Shown: piece after piece, positions 49,722-59,678 of the stretch
Layout: the number at the start of each line of letters is the position of its first letter
Numbering within the stretch: the first letter of the stretch is position 1
Sequence record: PP496443.1
Direction: 5' to 3' (one strand)
DNA length: 64,000 bases
Program-made: the position numbers and the translations under genes
The notes under the pieces: generated by a model
What the model saw: only the letters and a program-made list of their open reading frames with translations
The model's database searches: none
Told to the model about the DNA's origin: nothing

Positions 49722-52700
49722 TTACGCCACCTCACGCAGCTTCCACTTGGTTTCGGCCTTGACTGCTTTCGCCAGTGCCCGACCGGCAGCAGCCTCGCTG
49801 ATCTTGCCGAGGTCTGTGTTGCCGTCCTGCGTTTCGAGTACGTAGCCAGCCTTGGTCTTGACCAGTGCAATGAAGCGCGTGCCAGACTTGGTTTGGAAGC
49901 GACGGATCGTCTTGCCGGTTACTTCGGTGTTCACCTTGGCAGCAGGTGTACGCTTCTTCGTGCGCAGCGTCAGCGACTTGATCGTTTCCATGACCTCGTC
50001 GTAGTTGCCCACACTTACACCTGAACGCACGATGGCGTCCAGTTCTGCCTTGGCTTCCGCCTTGCTGTTCGACAGGATGAACCACTCGCTGTCCGAAGAC
50101 TCCCACTTGACCGTAGGAACGATAACCTTGCGACGCACCTGTACAGCCGATGGTTGCTTAGTCATGTCTACCAAGATCCAGCATTCACCTTCGTAGAACA
50201 TCACGTATGGACGCAGTTCACCTTTCGGCACCGCGCGCTTGCGGTCCAGGTGGAAGTTGCGAACGTCGGTGTCGAGTGCAGCCTCGAAGTTCAGGAGTCG
50301 GCGCTTGCCTTGTGTGAACGCGGCTAGTGCGGATTCCAGATCTTTCAAGTAGCGCGGCTGAACCTCGAAGTTCTCTTTCAGCTTGTCGATGACGCTGGAC
50401 AACGCCCGATAGGTCGGCACGATTGCATAAATGAACTTCCCGGTCTCGCGGAAGCCCAACTGCGTAGCCATCTTGTCCGTGACATCCGGATCTTCGCGAT
50501 CCAATGCCAGCTGGATCATGTTGTTCAACACACCTGGGTACACGTAGATCTCACCATCAAGATCACGGTTACGTTCCACCACGGCTTTCTTGACCGGGGC
50601 ATCCGGGATCGGCGCGGGTGCGTCTTCCGGTTCCTCGGTGTCGTCTTCCTCCGGTTCCTCTACCACTGGATCGGATTCAGGCGTCGAGTACTGGGTGGCG
50701 CGTTCCGGCATGCCCACCATCTCTGCCAGTCGCTGGCGTACGGGCACCTTGTTCGGCTTGAGGATCACGAACACCGCCAGCTTGTTAACCGAGACCGTGC
50801 CGATTTCCTTGATCTTCACCTTGAGGGTGTTTTTCCCGGAGCTGATAACCTCTCCATCCCCGTACTCGGTGTGAACCTGCAAACCTTTCATGTCGGCTTC
50901 ATCAGCCGTCAAGTCATTGTCTGCCAGCCAGTCGGATACCGGAATGATACCCAGCGCGTCTGTGAACGGCAGCTGCATGTTCGAGGTGTACGGCACCGTG
51001 ATCAGCGCGGAGCCCGGCAGGTTACCCGCTGTCGGAATCTCCTTGGCTTTTGTTGGGCCGTCGTACGTCTTGAGAAAGTCGGCGTATTCATCCCGGCGGA
51101 TCTTGGTGTACTGCCCGTAAGCATCTACGTAGCTGAACAGCGAACCCTGATCGTCTTCCGAACCGAACTTGTTGGCGTCCATGATCGAATCAAGAGTCAT
51201 GCTGACCAGCGGCAGGTTAGGCAGCTTGTCGTAACGAGCGTCCGACGCCTGGAAGCGAACCATCGTCAAGAGCTTCGACATCATCCGTGCCGTCTTGGTC
51301 ACGTCGATAGTGCCGTCGGCAATGATGCGGTCGAAGAAGATCTTGCTGCGTGCACCATACTTGTTCTTCGGGTCGGGGCGGTTGAGTCGCGACTGCCCTT
51401 GTTCGAATTCCCCCGGCGACCATACCGAGTCCGTCGAGATCAAGCGATTGACGAACTGGAAGTTGTGGCCTGTGTTCAGGGATGTCTCAACCCCGATCAA
51501 GCCGATGATACTGTCATCCTTCTCGAACTTCGGCAACAGCTTGTCCTTGTCTGCGGCGTAGTACAGGATAACCTTCTTCTGGAGGTCAGGTGGAAGCGAT
51601 GCGTGCAATGCCTGAGCCGATGCCACATACGCACAGAAGATCAGCACCTTGCCGTTCGTTTTGTCGCGGCTGTGTTCATCGAACAACCGGATGATCTCTT
51701 TGGCTTTCGGGCTGATACGATCCGAGCCCTGCAATACCTTGTCACCAACCTTATCGTGCGCCGGTGCCGAGATGAACATTTCCAGTCGCTGCAAGTACGG
51801 ACGCAGCAGCATCTCGATGTTGGCGACATTTTCCTCACCTTCATCCGACGCTTTCAGTTTCTTCATCAGATCCGCATCGGCCATGATGGCTTCGACGGCA
51901 TCATTCAGAATGTCCTGATACACGGCCATCTGTTTCTTCGACAGCGACACCTTGTGGAACGTCTCAGTGGCCGCTGGCAACAATGCTGCCCACTCCCGAC
52001 GGGACACACGCACATAGTCTGCTGCGCTGTTCATCTGGGTACGCACGTCACGCTCGGCGTTGTTCTTCCAGCTGAGCGGTTTCCCTTGGAACGTCTCGGC
52101 AGCGTACCGCTCGATGAAGTCCTTCTTGGAACCGAACGTCGATGGCGACATGATCGAGAACTGACCTGCCGCATCCGTCAGTTGCCCGTGCACGTAGGTA
52201 CCTGTGGTCTGACGGAGGTTATCCGACAGGGTGGCCTGCGCCCGTACCGAGGAAGATCGTGCACTGTCCAAGTTGGCCAGATACTGCGATTCGTCCATGG
52301 ACAAGTAGATCCACTCGAAGCGGCGCATCAGCTCTGAGTTGTTCGACAGGATCAGATCGGTGTTGCCGTACTGAATGCTGTACTGCCCGTTCTTGGGGAA
52401 GTCGAAGTCACACAGAACCAACGTGTTGACCGGCGCGTTGTAGATCAAGTTGTACATGTAGTCGTGACCGTAACGGTTGATCACGTCTGTGGACAGCACA
52501 ATCACGTTGACCGAACCTTGGGTCAAGTAAGTGATGTCCTCGATGTAGTTCTTGATCAGGTTCTTCGGGCACATCATCAGCGGACGCTTCTGCTGCTGGC
52601 CTTTCAGATCGCCACGCTCGTAATACTGACCGAGGGTGTACAGGCAGTCCAACACGTTCATCAGCGTCTTACCGCCGCCCGCATCCACGTGGTCAACCTT

Positions 52701-55472
52701 CTTGTCCGGCTGGCGCTGACCCGACACAATGGGTCGGATCTGGTGAGCCAGTGCGGAGAAGTCGGAACGGATGAACGGAACCGGTGACACTTCCGTCTCG
52801 TCGTTGACCTTGACCGGGTTCAGCGAATACTTCGCCTGCTTGGCCGCTACTTGGGACTTCAGTTCATCCTTGGCTGACTGGTCTGCATACTTCGCCATGG
52901 CAAAGATCGAAGCAACACCCTGCATACGACTGGTGACCGACAACACGTTACTGGTGCCGATGGCCTTCGGATCGCTGAGGATCTTGAACAACGCGTCCGT
53001 ACCGTCTTGCATGGCTTCGACCGCAATACGGCCAATGCCTCGGAGCATAGGGATATCGGAATCAGCGGTCAGGTGGCTGATGCGCAAATCCTTGTATACC
53101 TCTTCGAACGGGTAATCGTTCGTCGCGATGTCCCGATCAACCAGACGCTTCGCCAACGATTGAATCGATGCCAGAACTTCGTGGATCGTTGGGTTGCCGC
53201 CCGCAGGGAACAGGAACTCTTGAACGCTTTCCCCTAGAACGTCGGTTACCGCCGGAGGAACCTCGAAGTCGCTCTCATTGAAATAGTCAGTAACCTTCTT
53301 GCCCTTGTAGTTCAGCCACGCCGTCAGCGAGTTACGCAGATAGCCGAACGACAGTGCCTTGGGGTTTACTTTCTCTTCCATCGACTTCTGGTATTCCATG
53401 ACGCTGGCCGGGGAATAAGCCGAGACATCATACGTGACCAGTCCACCAGACGAAGTGGTGTAGCTGAGGATGTCCGCACCCCAGTCAGTGAAGATGTAGT
53501 AGGAGCGTAGACGGCCTTGAGCGAATTGCTTGATAACCAGATTATCCGTCTTGGCGTTGTCCGGGATCATGTACTGGTTCTGGATGCTGATCTCAGGAGT
53601 TTCCTGCCCCTCAACCTCTTTGAACTTCGCTTTGACGCCACCCATGCCCACGTCTTGGCGGGTGTATTCGTTGTCTGCGAAGGCACCGCGATACGAATCC
53701 TCGATGGCCTTCTCGTACTGCGCAACGATCTGTGGATCAGCGGTGGGCACGAACACCAGGTCAGCATCGGGACCAACCATCATCTGGTCACCGTTCAAAC
53801 GCGAACGCTGCGGCATTGCGCGGGTATCTGCGATTGCCTTGCCCACGGCACGATAGAACGATGCATCTGTCTTGGCGAACGAGTACTGCGCGTCAGTCAT
53901 CTGATACGCCCACTCAGCCACGTCAACCGGGGCGGGTGGAGAGTGCTGAGTCACGAACGCAGCCACGTCTTCCGAGATAGTGAACTCGGAGAAAGCAACA
54001 ACCTCGGCGTCACCTGCCTCACCGATGTTAGACAGACGACACATGAACGAGCGGGACTTCAGACGCGCCATCGCATCCTTGTAGTCCGCCTTGTCTACCA
54101 CGTCAGTCTGCAGTGACGGTGGCACTGGCATCTTGTTGGACGTCAACCAGCCATTGAGGCGGGTCATCGGCGTGTTTTCCAGAAGCCAGTTGATGAAGTC
54201 AACCGGTGCCTTTGGCATGGTTGGTTCTTCCGGCGCGCCCGCAGTCAGGTTGCCGTCCAGCCCCCGGTACGCATGGTTCCAGTTCTTGAGCAGGCGCTCC
54301 AGAATCTTGCCGCCGACTTCCTGCCGCACTTTTTCAAAGGACGGTTTGTCTTCCTTCGAATAGGCGAAGATGATCTTGGCGACCATGCTCTCGTTGACAT
54401 CAGACCAGTTGTTGTCGTAGTCCAGATCTTCGATGCGATACTTGCGCAGCACATCTAGCTGTTGCTGGTTGGTGAAGCTGCAATACATCACGTTCTCACC
54501 AAGGGTACGACGCACGTACGGCATCTTACCGGCGGTGCCCGTGCCATTGAGGAAGCTTACCTCATTGGTGCTTTGTACGCCTGCATCACCACGGGGTGGT
54601 GATACTTCGATCAGCAGGTTGAGCCCACCAACCAGTTCCTTCAACCCATCTTTCTCGAAGGCGAAGTCGTTCTCGCCCATCAAGATTTCCTTGTCGATGA
54701 ACGGACTGTTCAACGCAGATTTGAAGTTGACAGGAATGCGCAACCGCAGCTGGCGAGTCATGTCGTCCAACGCCAGCGGATCTTCCATGAACTTGCCCAG
54801 TGCAGTCTTGAGCAGTTCCAGTTGGCTGGTCATCAGTGCGTCGACCTTGGTCTGCATCCGGCTACGCTCGTCCAGCGGCAGATACACCATGGCATTTTGC
54901 AGGATCTTAACACGCGGGACAACGTAGGCCATGTCGATTCTGCTTTCGACGCAAATGCCGATTGCGTCAAGCATCTCAGGGACCGAGAATCCGGGAATGC
55001 GGGACTCTTTGACGTTGCTGCCCATGGCCGGGATAGCCAGCGTGAAGTCACCTCGACCATTCGCCGTCACCTTGGTATACGGCGCCAGCGTACGCATGCC
55101 TTCCGACATCTCGTCCCACTTATCAGCCTTGATCGTAGCACTGTTGGCACGGAAGGAGGCCGGAGGGTTAACGCTGTAGTCCTTGAACTCCAGGCTTTCT
55201 TTCATGTCCTGCAACAGACGCTTGCCATTGTCGAACAACTTCGGCAGCTCGGTCTCGAACAAGTTCGGTACCTTGGACAGTTCGTCCATCAGCGATGCGC
55301 CGCCCACGGACAGAACCGCGTACGCCATGCTGTGCAGGTCACCAAGCTTGTAGTCGTACGTTGCTTCGTAGTCTTCAGGCTCTTCAACCGGCTCGGCCAA
55401 TGGTGCTGCCAGCGAGCGTAAGCGTTCCGTCTCTTCCGGGGCGCGACTACGCCGTTTTGATTTCTTGCTCAT
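49722..55472 (-). CDS. Giant SNF2-family (SF2) helicase/translocase
   Basis: VDAGGGKT (I), MMCPKNL (Ia), SMDESQ (II), TTGT (III), KVLIFC (IV), LNTGHNFQ (V), EQGQSRLNR (VI). Start at ATG 55472 (AAGGTG RBS). Confidence 0.88.
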   Translation of the reverse strand: MSKKSKRRSRAPEETERLRSLAAPLAEPVEEPEDYEATYDYKLGDLHSMAYAVLSVGGASLMDELSKVPNLFETELPKLFDNGKRLLQDMKESLEFKDYSVNPPASFRANSATIKADKWDEMSEGMRTLAPYTKVTANGRGDFTLAIPAMGSNVKESRIPGFSVPEMLDAIGICVESRIDMAYVVPRVKILQNAMVYLPLDERSRMQTKVDALMTSQLELLKTALGKFMEDPLALDDMTRQLRLRIPVNFKSALNSPFIDKEILMGENDFAFEKDGLKELVGGLNLLIEVSPPRGDAGVQSTNEVSFLNGTGTAGKMPYVRRTLGENVMYCSFTNQQQLDVLRKYRIEDLDYDNNWSDVNESMVAKIIFAYSKEDKPSFEKVRQEVGGKILERLLKNWNHAYRGLDGNLTAGAPEEPTMPKAPVDFINWLLENTPMTRLNGWLTSNKMPVPPSLQTDVVDKADYKDAMARLKSRSFMCRLSNIGEAGDAEVVAFSEFTISEDVAAFVTQHSPPAPVDVAEWAYQMTDAQYSFAKTDASFYRAVGKAIADTRAMPQRSRLNGDQMMVGPDADLVFVPTADPQIVAQYEKAIEDSYRGAFADNEYTRQDVGMGGVKAKFKEVEGQETPEISIQNQYMIPDNAKTDNLVIKQFAQGRLRSYYIFTDWGADILSYTTSSGGLVTYDVSAYSPASVMEYQKSMEEKVNPKALSFGYLRNSLTAWLNYKGKKVTDYFNESDFEVPPAVTDVLGESVQEFLFPAGGNPTIHEVLASIQSLAKRLVDRDIATNDYPFEEVYKDLRISHLTADSDIPMLRGIGRIAVEAMQDGTDALFKILSDPKAIGTSNVLSVTSRMQGVASIFAMAKYADQSAKDELKSQVAAKQAKYSLNPVKVNDETEVSPVPFIRSDFSALAHQIRPIVSGQRQPDKKVDHVDAGGGKTLMNVLDCLYTLGQYYERGDLKGQQQKRPLMMCPKNLIKNYIEDITYLTQGSVNVIVLSTDVINRYGHDYMYNLIYNAPVNTLVLCDFDFPKNGQYSIQYGNTDLILSNNSELMRRFEWIYLSMDESQYLANLDSARSSSVRAQATLSDNLRQTTGTYVHGQLTDAAGQFSIMSPSTFGSKKDFIERYAAETFQGKPLSWKNNAERDVRTQMNSAADYVRVSRREWAALLPAATETFHKVSLSKKQMAVYQDILNDAVEAIMADADLMKKLKASDEGEENVANIEMLLRPYLQRLEMFISAPAHDKVGDKVLQGSDRISPKAKEIIRLFDEHSRDKTNGKVLIFCAYVASAQALHASLPPDLQKKVILYYAADKDKLLPKFEKDDSIIGLIGVETSLNTGHNFQFVNRLISTDSVWSPGEFEQGQSRLNRPDPKNKYGARSKIFFDRIIADGTIDVTKTARMMSKLLTMVRFQASDARYDKLPNLPLVSMTLDSIMDANKFGSEDDQGSLFSYVDAYGQYTKIRRDEYADFLKTYDGPTKAKEIPTAGNLPGSALITVPYTSNMQLPFTDALGIIPVSDWLADNDLTADEADMKGLQVHTEYGDGEVISSGKNTLKVKIKEIGTVSVNKLAVFVILKPNKVPVRQRLAEMVGMPERATQYSTPESDPVVEEPEEDDTEEPEDAPAPIPDAPVKKAVVERNRDLDGEIYVYPGVLNNMIQLALDREDPDVTDKMATQLGFRETGKFIYAIVPTYRALSSVIDKLKENFEVQPRYLKDLESALAAFTQGKRRLLNFEAALDTDVRNFHLDRKRAVPKGELRPYVMFYEGECWILVDMTKQPSAVQVRRKVIVPTVKWESSDSEWFILSNSKAEAKAELDAIVRSGVSVGNYDEVMETIKSLTLRTKKRTPAAKVNTEVTGKTIRRFQTKSGTRFIALVKTKAGYVLETQDGNTDLGKISEAAAGRALAKAVKAETKWKLREVA

Positions 55473-55482
55473 GGATTGCACC

Positions 55483-55959
55483 TTACTTGACTAAGCCGTT
55501 GTTGTTGACCAGTAGATCCCAGTACGGAATCGGCGGGGTGATCTTGCGGCGCTGGAAGAAAACCAGAATGGTCTTGGCCACCTTGATGCGGTCGTAGGGC
55601 TTCAACCCTTCGATGAGCGTGGGACCGTACAGCGTCTCCGCCAGATTGCTCGCTTCCCGATCCGTGTAGCCATCGAGGTTGGTGCCGATGACCGTACACA
55701 ATCGATCAACTGGCATGTCCAAACCTTTTTCGTACAGCTGGACGTGCATCTCGTTGATCTGCCCGCGAAGACGACGCAGCGTGTTGTACAACTGCGTGAT
55801 CTGCTGGGCGTTGAGCTGGGGCACGTCCATGGTGCCTGAATCATCGGCGCCGGGGATAGGGGCCACCAGATTCTCAGCGATGGTCACATCCTTGATCAGC
55901 CTGTCGTACTGGTCAAGCATGGTGACGCTGATACTCTTGATTCCTTTACCTTTGTTCAT
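55483..55959 (-). CDS. Hypothetical protein
   Basis: 158 aa ORF with AGGAG RBS, just upstream of the SNF2 gene. Confidence 0.75.
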   Translation of the reverse strand: MNKGKGIKSISVTMLDQYDRLIKDVTIAENLVAPIPGADDSGTMDVPQLNAQQITQLYNTLRRLRGQINEMHVQLYEKGLDMPVDRLCTVIGTNLDGYTDREASNLAETLYGPTLIEGLKPYDRIKVAKTILVFFQRRKITPPIPYWDLLVNNNGLVK

Positions 55960-55996
55960 ACTAGTGCTGCTCCTACTCTCGAATTGGCATGTGTCA

Positions 55997-56010
55997 ATAC
56001 GGCTATTTAC
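55997..56010 (-). promoter_or_regulatory. Candidate late promoter GTAAATA-GCC-GTAT
   Basis: Variant copy of the recurrent motif, about 40 nt upstream of ATG 55959. Confidence 0.45.
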
Positions 56011-56417
56011 CGTTTGTTTTGCCGTGCGATCTTCTTCCGCTGCTCATCTTTATATAGGTGACCATGCAGGAAATTCTTGGAATGACACGCGGGGCATAAC
56101 GGGATCAGGTTGGACCTGCTGTCGGTGCCGCCACGGGATGCCTGCTTGATATGGTGCAGCGCGAGCCGCCCACCGTCAGGGATCTTGCTCTGGTGAATGC
56201 CACAGCGACCGCAGCAGTTGTTGAAGACCGCTTTGACTTCCTTCTTACGGTCCTTCCACTCGTCCGTCTTGAGCCCACCCAAGTACGTTGCCTTCTTGGC
56301 TCGCTTGACGATACCGGTCTTGCTGATACCCGAACCAGTCGATGGGCGTGCTATCTTGATGCCCGGCTTGCCCGGCTTACGGGGGCCATTGATCCGGGCA
56401 CGGGGCGGCGTTTTCAT
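56007..56417 (-). CDS. HNH endonuclease
   Basis: CGRCG...LHHIKQASRGGTDSRSNLIPLCPACH; basic N terminus. Confidence 0.88.
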   Translation of the reverse strand: MKTPPRARINGPRKPGKPGIKIARPSTGSGISKTGIVKRAKKATYLGGLKTDEWKDRKKEVKAVFNNCCGRCGIHQSKIPDGGRLALHHIKQASRGGTDSRSNLIPLCPACHSKNFLHGHLYKDEQRKKIARQNKR

Positions 56418-56420
56418 AGC

Positions 56421-57170
56421 TTACTCCAGAAACGATTTCAAGTCAACATTGATCTTCCCGTACATTTCCTCGGTCTTTTTGCCCATGTCGCGGAAACATT
56501 GCAGAACGGCATCTTCAACCTTGGCCCAGCGCTTGTCCTTGATATGCGGTGCCAGTGCAGTCTTCAGCATGTTGGCCTGACTCACGTACATGTGCGCGAA
56601 GCCAATGAAGATCGGGTACATAACCTTCTCACTGATGTTGGCCGCTAGATTGCTTTGCTCCTGATTAGCCTGCATATCGTTGATCAGCTCTCGGATCGAG
56701 TTGATCATGGCATTCAGAGAGTAGACAGCGGACTGTGAGCCTTCCGTGTTCCTCACCCGGAGTTCGAGAATGGGCACCATGTCAATCAAGGTGATCAACA
56801 TGCGTACCTGGAACATGGAAAAACCCCGATCTTTTTCCTCAGCGGACGAGATCAGGGACATAATTTTGTTTGAGTCAGTACCGAAGATCGACTCCAGCAT
56901 ATCCGGGTCAACTTCCAGCTCACCACCTTCCGCCATGGAAGTTTTCATCTTAACCAAGTAGTCCCGCAATTCATCCGGGTTCTTACTGGACACGGCGTCA
57001 ACCCCAGTGAACCCGCAAGAGTCACACACAGGGTCATCGTTGAGTATCTCGGAGGACAACTCATCTGGTGCACGGCATTTGGTACACCGGCACTTGTATG
57101 TATCTTTGGTCAAAGTCTTCACGACACGGAACGCGCCGTAGGTGGCCTTCACCTTGATTGGATCAGCCAT
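56421..57170 (-). CDS. Hypothetical protein with an N-terminal Cys-rich zinc ribbon
   Basis: YKCRCTKC...CDSCG followed by a helical region. Confidence 0.7.
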   Translation of the reverse strand: MADPIKVKATYGAFRVVKTLTKDTYKCRCTKCRAPDELSSEILNDDPVCDSCGFTGVDAVSSKNPDELRDYLVKMKTSMAEGGELEVDPDMLESIFGTDSNKIMSLISSAEEKDRGFSMFQVRMLITLIDMVPILELRVRNTEGSQSAVYSLNAMINSIRELINDMQANQEQSNLAANISEKVMYPIFIGFAHMYVSQANMLKTALAPHIKDKRWAKVEDAVLQCFRDMGKKTEEMYGKINVDLKSFLE

Positions 57171-57570
57171 GGTTGAGCACCTCTAATACATTCACGGTAG
57201 ACAGGAAGTGTTTGGTCGGCGGGTTGGTCTGGAACAAACGAAGCATCTGCGGCTGGATCCAAAGGAACCTGTCGTGTTCGTCGTTCAAAGTGATGGGTGG
57301 CACATGAGTCAGATTGATCAGGACGTACACCCGGTCGGCATCCAGCTTATCCGCCTTGATGCGTTTCCATGGCTCGCTCTTGATCGTGTGCCAGCCCAAC
57401 TCCTCTGCCAGTTCCCTGCGCAATGCAACCGCTGCCTTCTCCCCGGCGTCCAACCGACCACCGGGAAGATTCCACGTTCCTGCGTTGTTCACCTTAGCGC
57501 TGCGGCGTGCCAGTAGCACATCGCCTGTTGCAGTGTTTCGAATGATGGCGTACACGCCGCGCTTTTCCAT
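57163..57570 (-). CDS. NUDIX hydrolase
   Basis: WNLPGGRLDAGEKAAVALRRELAEELG is the Nudix box GX5EX7REUXEEXGU. Confidence 0.92.
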   Translation of the reverse strand: MEKRGVYAIIRNTATGDVLLARRSAKVNNAGTWNLPGGRLDAGEKAAVALRRELAEELGWHTIKSEPWKRIKADKLDADRVYVLINLTHVPPITLNDEHDRFLWIQPQMLRLFQTNPPTKHFLSTVNVLEVLNHG

Positions 57571-57576
57571 ACCTAC

Positions 57577-58725
57577 TTATCCTTGACGTGAAGCCCATGC
57601 TTCCAGAATCTTTTCCGCTTGCTCCGCTACATCACCTGCGAACTTCGGATTGGGTTTCTGTTGCTTCGAGCTCTTGACAGCCCACTGACCAATCTGAATC
57701 GTCGGACACGCTGGAACACCGGTCTCTTGAACTGAGGCCATGAGTTGTGCAAACTCGACTGTCCCATTTACTGCTTTGTTCAAGACGTCACGTGCGAAGC
57801 TATTCAGACGCTCCGCCGAAGCAGTGCCGGCCTTGAACGCCATGGTGACGATGAACGACGTAGTGCTCTTGTCCACCGAGATGACCAGTGGTAGGGTGTC
57901 CGTGATGCTGCCCGATGCGCTAGACGCTGTGATGCGCTGCACGTCACCGCTGGCCAGACCCTTGAGTGCGTCCAGCTCTTTCTTGCCGAGCGAAGTCATG
58001 GCCGCTTTGATCTTGTCAAGGCTGGTGTAGTCTTCGATGCGGAACGTGGACTTGTCTTTCAGCAGGGTGAACTCCTTGCGGAATCCGGTCTTGGAGCCGA
58101 TGTAGATGGCGAACGTGTCGTCTTCGTACGAACGGTACACCGCGTAGTTCTTGTCGCCGGGGTCTGCGAAGAAGAACTGGTGAATGACACCCCGCGCCGA
58201 GTCCAGCGTGCCCTTGGCGACTTCCTTGAACTGCAACGTCTTGACCAGTTCGGAGAACGCCTTGCGCAGCTTGCCGTACGTACTGTCTTCATCGCCGTAC
58301 AGAATGAACACGTCTTTGCCGTTGGGGCTGGCCTTCACCTTGTCCAATCCGAGCGATTCGGTGAGCTGATCCACGTAGCGCCTGACCACGGTGCTGCGGC
58401 CAGTGTCCGGGTTGAGCTTCTCGAAGTCCTCCGGCACTACCCACTTGGAGAGCTGGCTGGCCGGGATCGGTTTGGTACGGGCGGTGAGAATGGCAGCGCG
58501 GCCGATGATGCCAGACATATTCATCATGGCGTAGTACATTGCCACGTCATCATCGTCGAACAGCACCTTAATGCTGTCTTTGCCCCGGTACTTGGAAAAC
58601 TCTGTGATCACCACAGTGTAGTAATATGGGTCGCTCTTATCACCGTAGTTGACGATGATGCGGTCATTGATCTTTACGGGTGGGAGAGCCGCAGCCACCA
58701 CGATTTCTGCATGTACTAGGGGCAT
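57577..58725 (-). CDS. Hypothetical (probably virion) protein with an N-terminal Tudor/SH3-like domain
   Basis: INDRIIVNY...DP...VLFDDDD...IP...LSKWV; paralogue of the 39929..40750 N terminus. Confidence 0.7.
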   Translation of the reverse strand: MPLVHAEIVVAAALPPVKINDRIIVNYGDKSDPYYYTVVITEFSKYRGKDSIKVLFDDDDVAMYYAMMNMSGIIGRAAILTARTKPIPASQLSKWVVPEDFEKLNPDTGRSTVVRRYVDQLTESLGLDKVKASPNGKDVFILYGDEDSTYGKLRKAFSELVKTLQFKEVAKGTLDSARGVIHQFFFADPGDKNYAVYRSYEDDTFAIYIGSKTGFRKEFTLLKDKSTFRIEDYTSLDKIKAAMTSLGKKELDALKGLASGDVQRITASSASGSITDTLPLVISVDKSTTSFIVTMAFKAGTASAERLNSFARDVLNKAVNGTVEFAQLMASVQETGVPACPTIQIGQWAVKSSKQQKPNPKFAGDVAEQAEKILEAWASRQG

Positions 58726-58753
58726 GATTTATTACCTTGAGTTGCGTGTCCAC

Positions 58754-58767
58754 ATGCGTTAAATTAG
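58754..58767 (-). promoter_or_regulatory. Candidate late promoter CTAATTT-AAC-GCAT
   Basis: Copy of the recurrent motif, about 30 nt upstream of ATG 58725. Confidence 0.5.
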
Positions 58768-59312
58768 ACAGGCGGGAAAGTGAAGGCCGTGTGGCGGGTT
58801 ACTTCAGAGCCACTGGCATTGATGGCGTCATCGATGAATGACAAGACCTCCCAGTCACGGTCTTCCGCATACCGGGTCAGCGTGATTCGGGCCAGATCGG
58901 GAAGGGATACCGGCGGACATTCAACCTCACTCAGTGGATCCGTTTGGGACACTGCACCCTGTAGCTCGTCAACCACCATCACGACGCCTGTGATGTTACC
59001 GCTGGCGTGCATGTTCAGCAGGATGTCTACTAAGGTGCCTATGACGCGTGCCTGATCGTCTCGGTCCGCCATCAAGGCCATTACCACATTGCCGTAGGTT
59101 TCAGGGATCGACAGGTTCCACACGGTATCCAGCGGGTATGCCGGGGTAGGATCGATCAGCAGGTCAGCGTCCACTCGATCTAGATCGATGCGAAACTGCG
59201 GCATGTTAGGCAGCGCTACCGTGGCCTGCATTTTGTTGGGCGCCTGCAGTGTCCAGCTCCACTGCAAGGGCTCGAAATAGGACAACACAACCTGTTTGGC
59301 TTGTTTAATCAT
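58764..59312 (-). CDS. Hypothetical protein
   Basis: Start reassigned to ATG 59312 (GAGGTG RBS). Confidence 0.7.
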   Translation of the reverse strand: MIKQAKQVVLSYFEPLQWSWTLQAPNKMQATVALPNMPQFRIDLDRVDADLLIDPTPAYPLDTVWNLSIPETYGNVVMALMADRDDQARVIGTLVDILLNMHASGNITGVVMVVDELQGAVSQTDPLSEVECPPVSLPDLARITLTRYAEDRDWEVLSFIDDAINASGSEVTRHTAFTFPPV

Positions 59313-59334
59313 TGGAATGTCACCTCGCACATAC

Positions 59335-59366
59335 AAAAATGGGGGATGAACGTGTCATCCCCCATT
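59335..59366 (-). terminator. Rho-independent terminator
   Basis: 12-bp stem AATGGGGGATGA/TCATCCCCCATT with a T-tract on the minus strand. Confidence 0.85.
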
Positions 59367-59389
59367 GGGTGCTTCGTCTGCGCTACCGA

Positions 59390-59662
59390 TTAACGGTCGC
59401 CCAGTTTGATCTTGACTGGAGCACCAACCTTGGTACGCTTACGGGTGACACGCAGGTCACCTTTGGCTTTCCGCGAACGGCGCAGCTTGGCCCGTTTCAG
59501 GATCTCGGACTTGTTCTTGCGGTAGTACTGCTTGCTCGCCAGCTTGCGGGCAGCTTTGTTCTTGCGAGCTTCCATCAGAGCCTTTTTGCGCTCAGCGGCA
59601 GTACGGGGTTTGGTACGACGGGTCAGGCCATTGCCTTTCAGCTTCAACCGTTTCATAGCCAT
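59390..59662 (-). CDS. Small, highly basic Lys/Arg-rich protein (possible DNA-condensing core protein)
   Basis: 90 aa dominated by K/R (KQYYRKNKSEILKRAKLRRSRK); GGAG RBS and its own terminator. Confidence 0.75.
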   Translation of the reverse strand: MAMKRLKLKGNGLTRRTKPRTAAERKKALMEARKNKAARKLASKQYYRKNKSEILKRAKLRRSRKAKGDLRVTRKRTKVGAPVKIKLGDR

Positions 59663-59678
59663 GGTGGTATCTCTCCAG

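Noticed and set aside
50871-52337. 488 aa plus-strand ORF and similar long antisense ORFs (18769..19827, 32170..33432, 39830..40684)
   Set aside because: Each lies fully opposite a well-supported gene, and the translations are not protein-like.
56007-56417. HNH as a mobile homing element
   Set aside because: It is embedded in the operon with no intron or split target gene nearby; a packaging or processing role is equally plausible.
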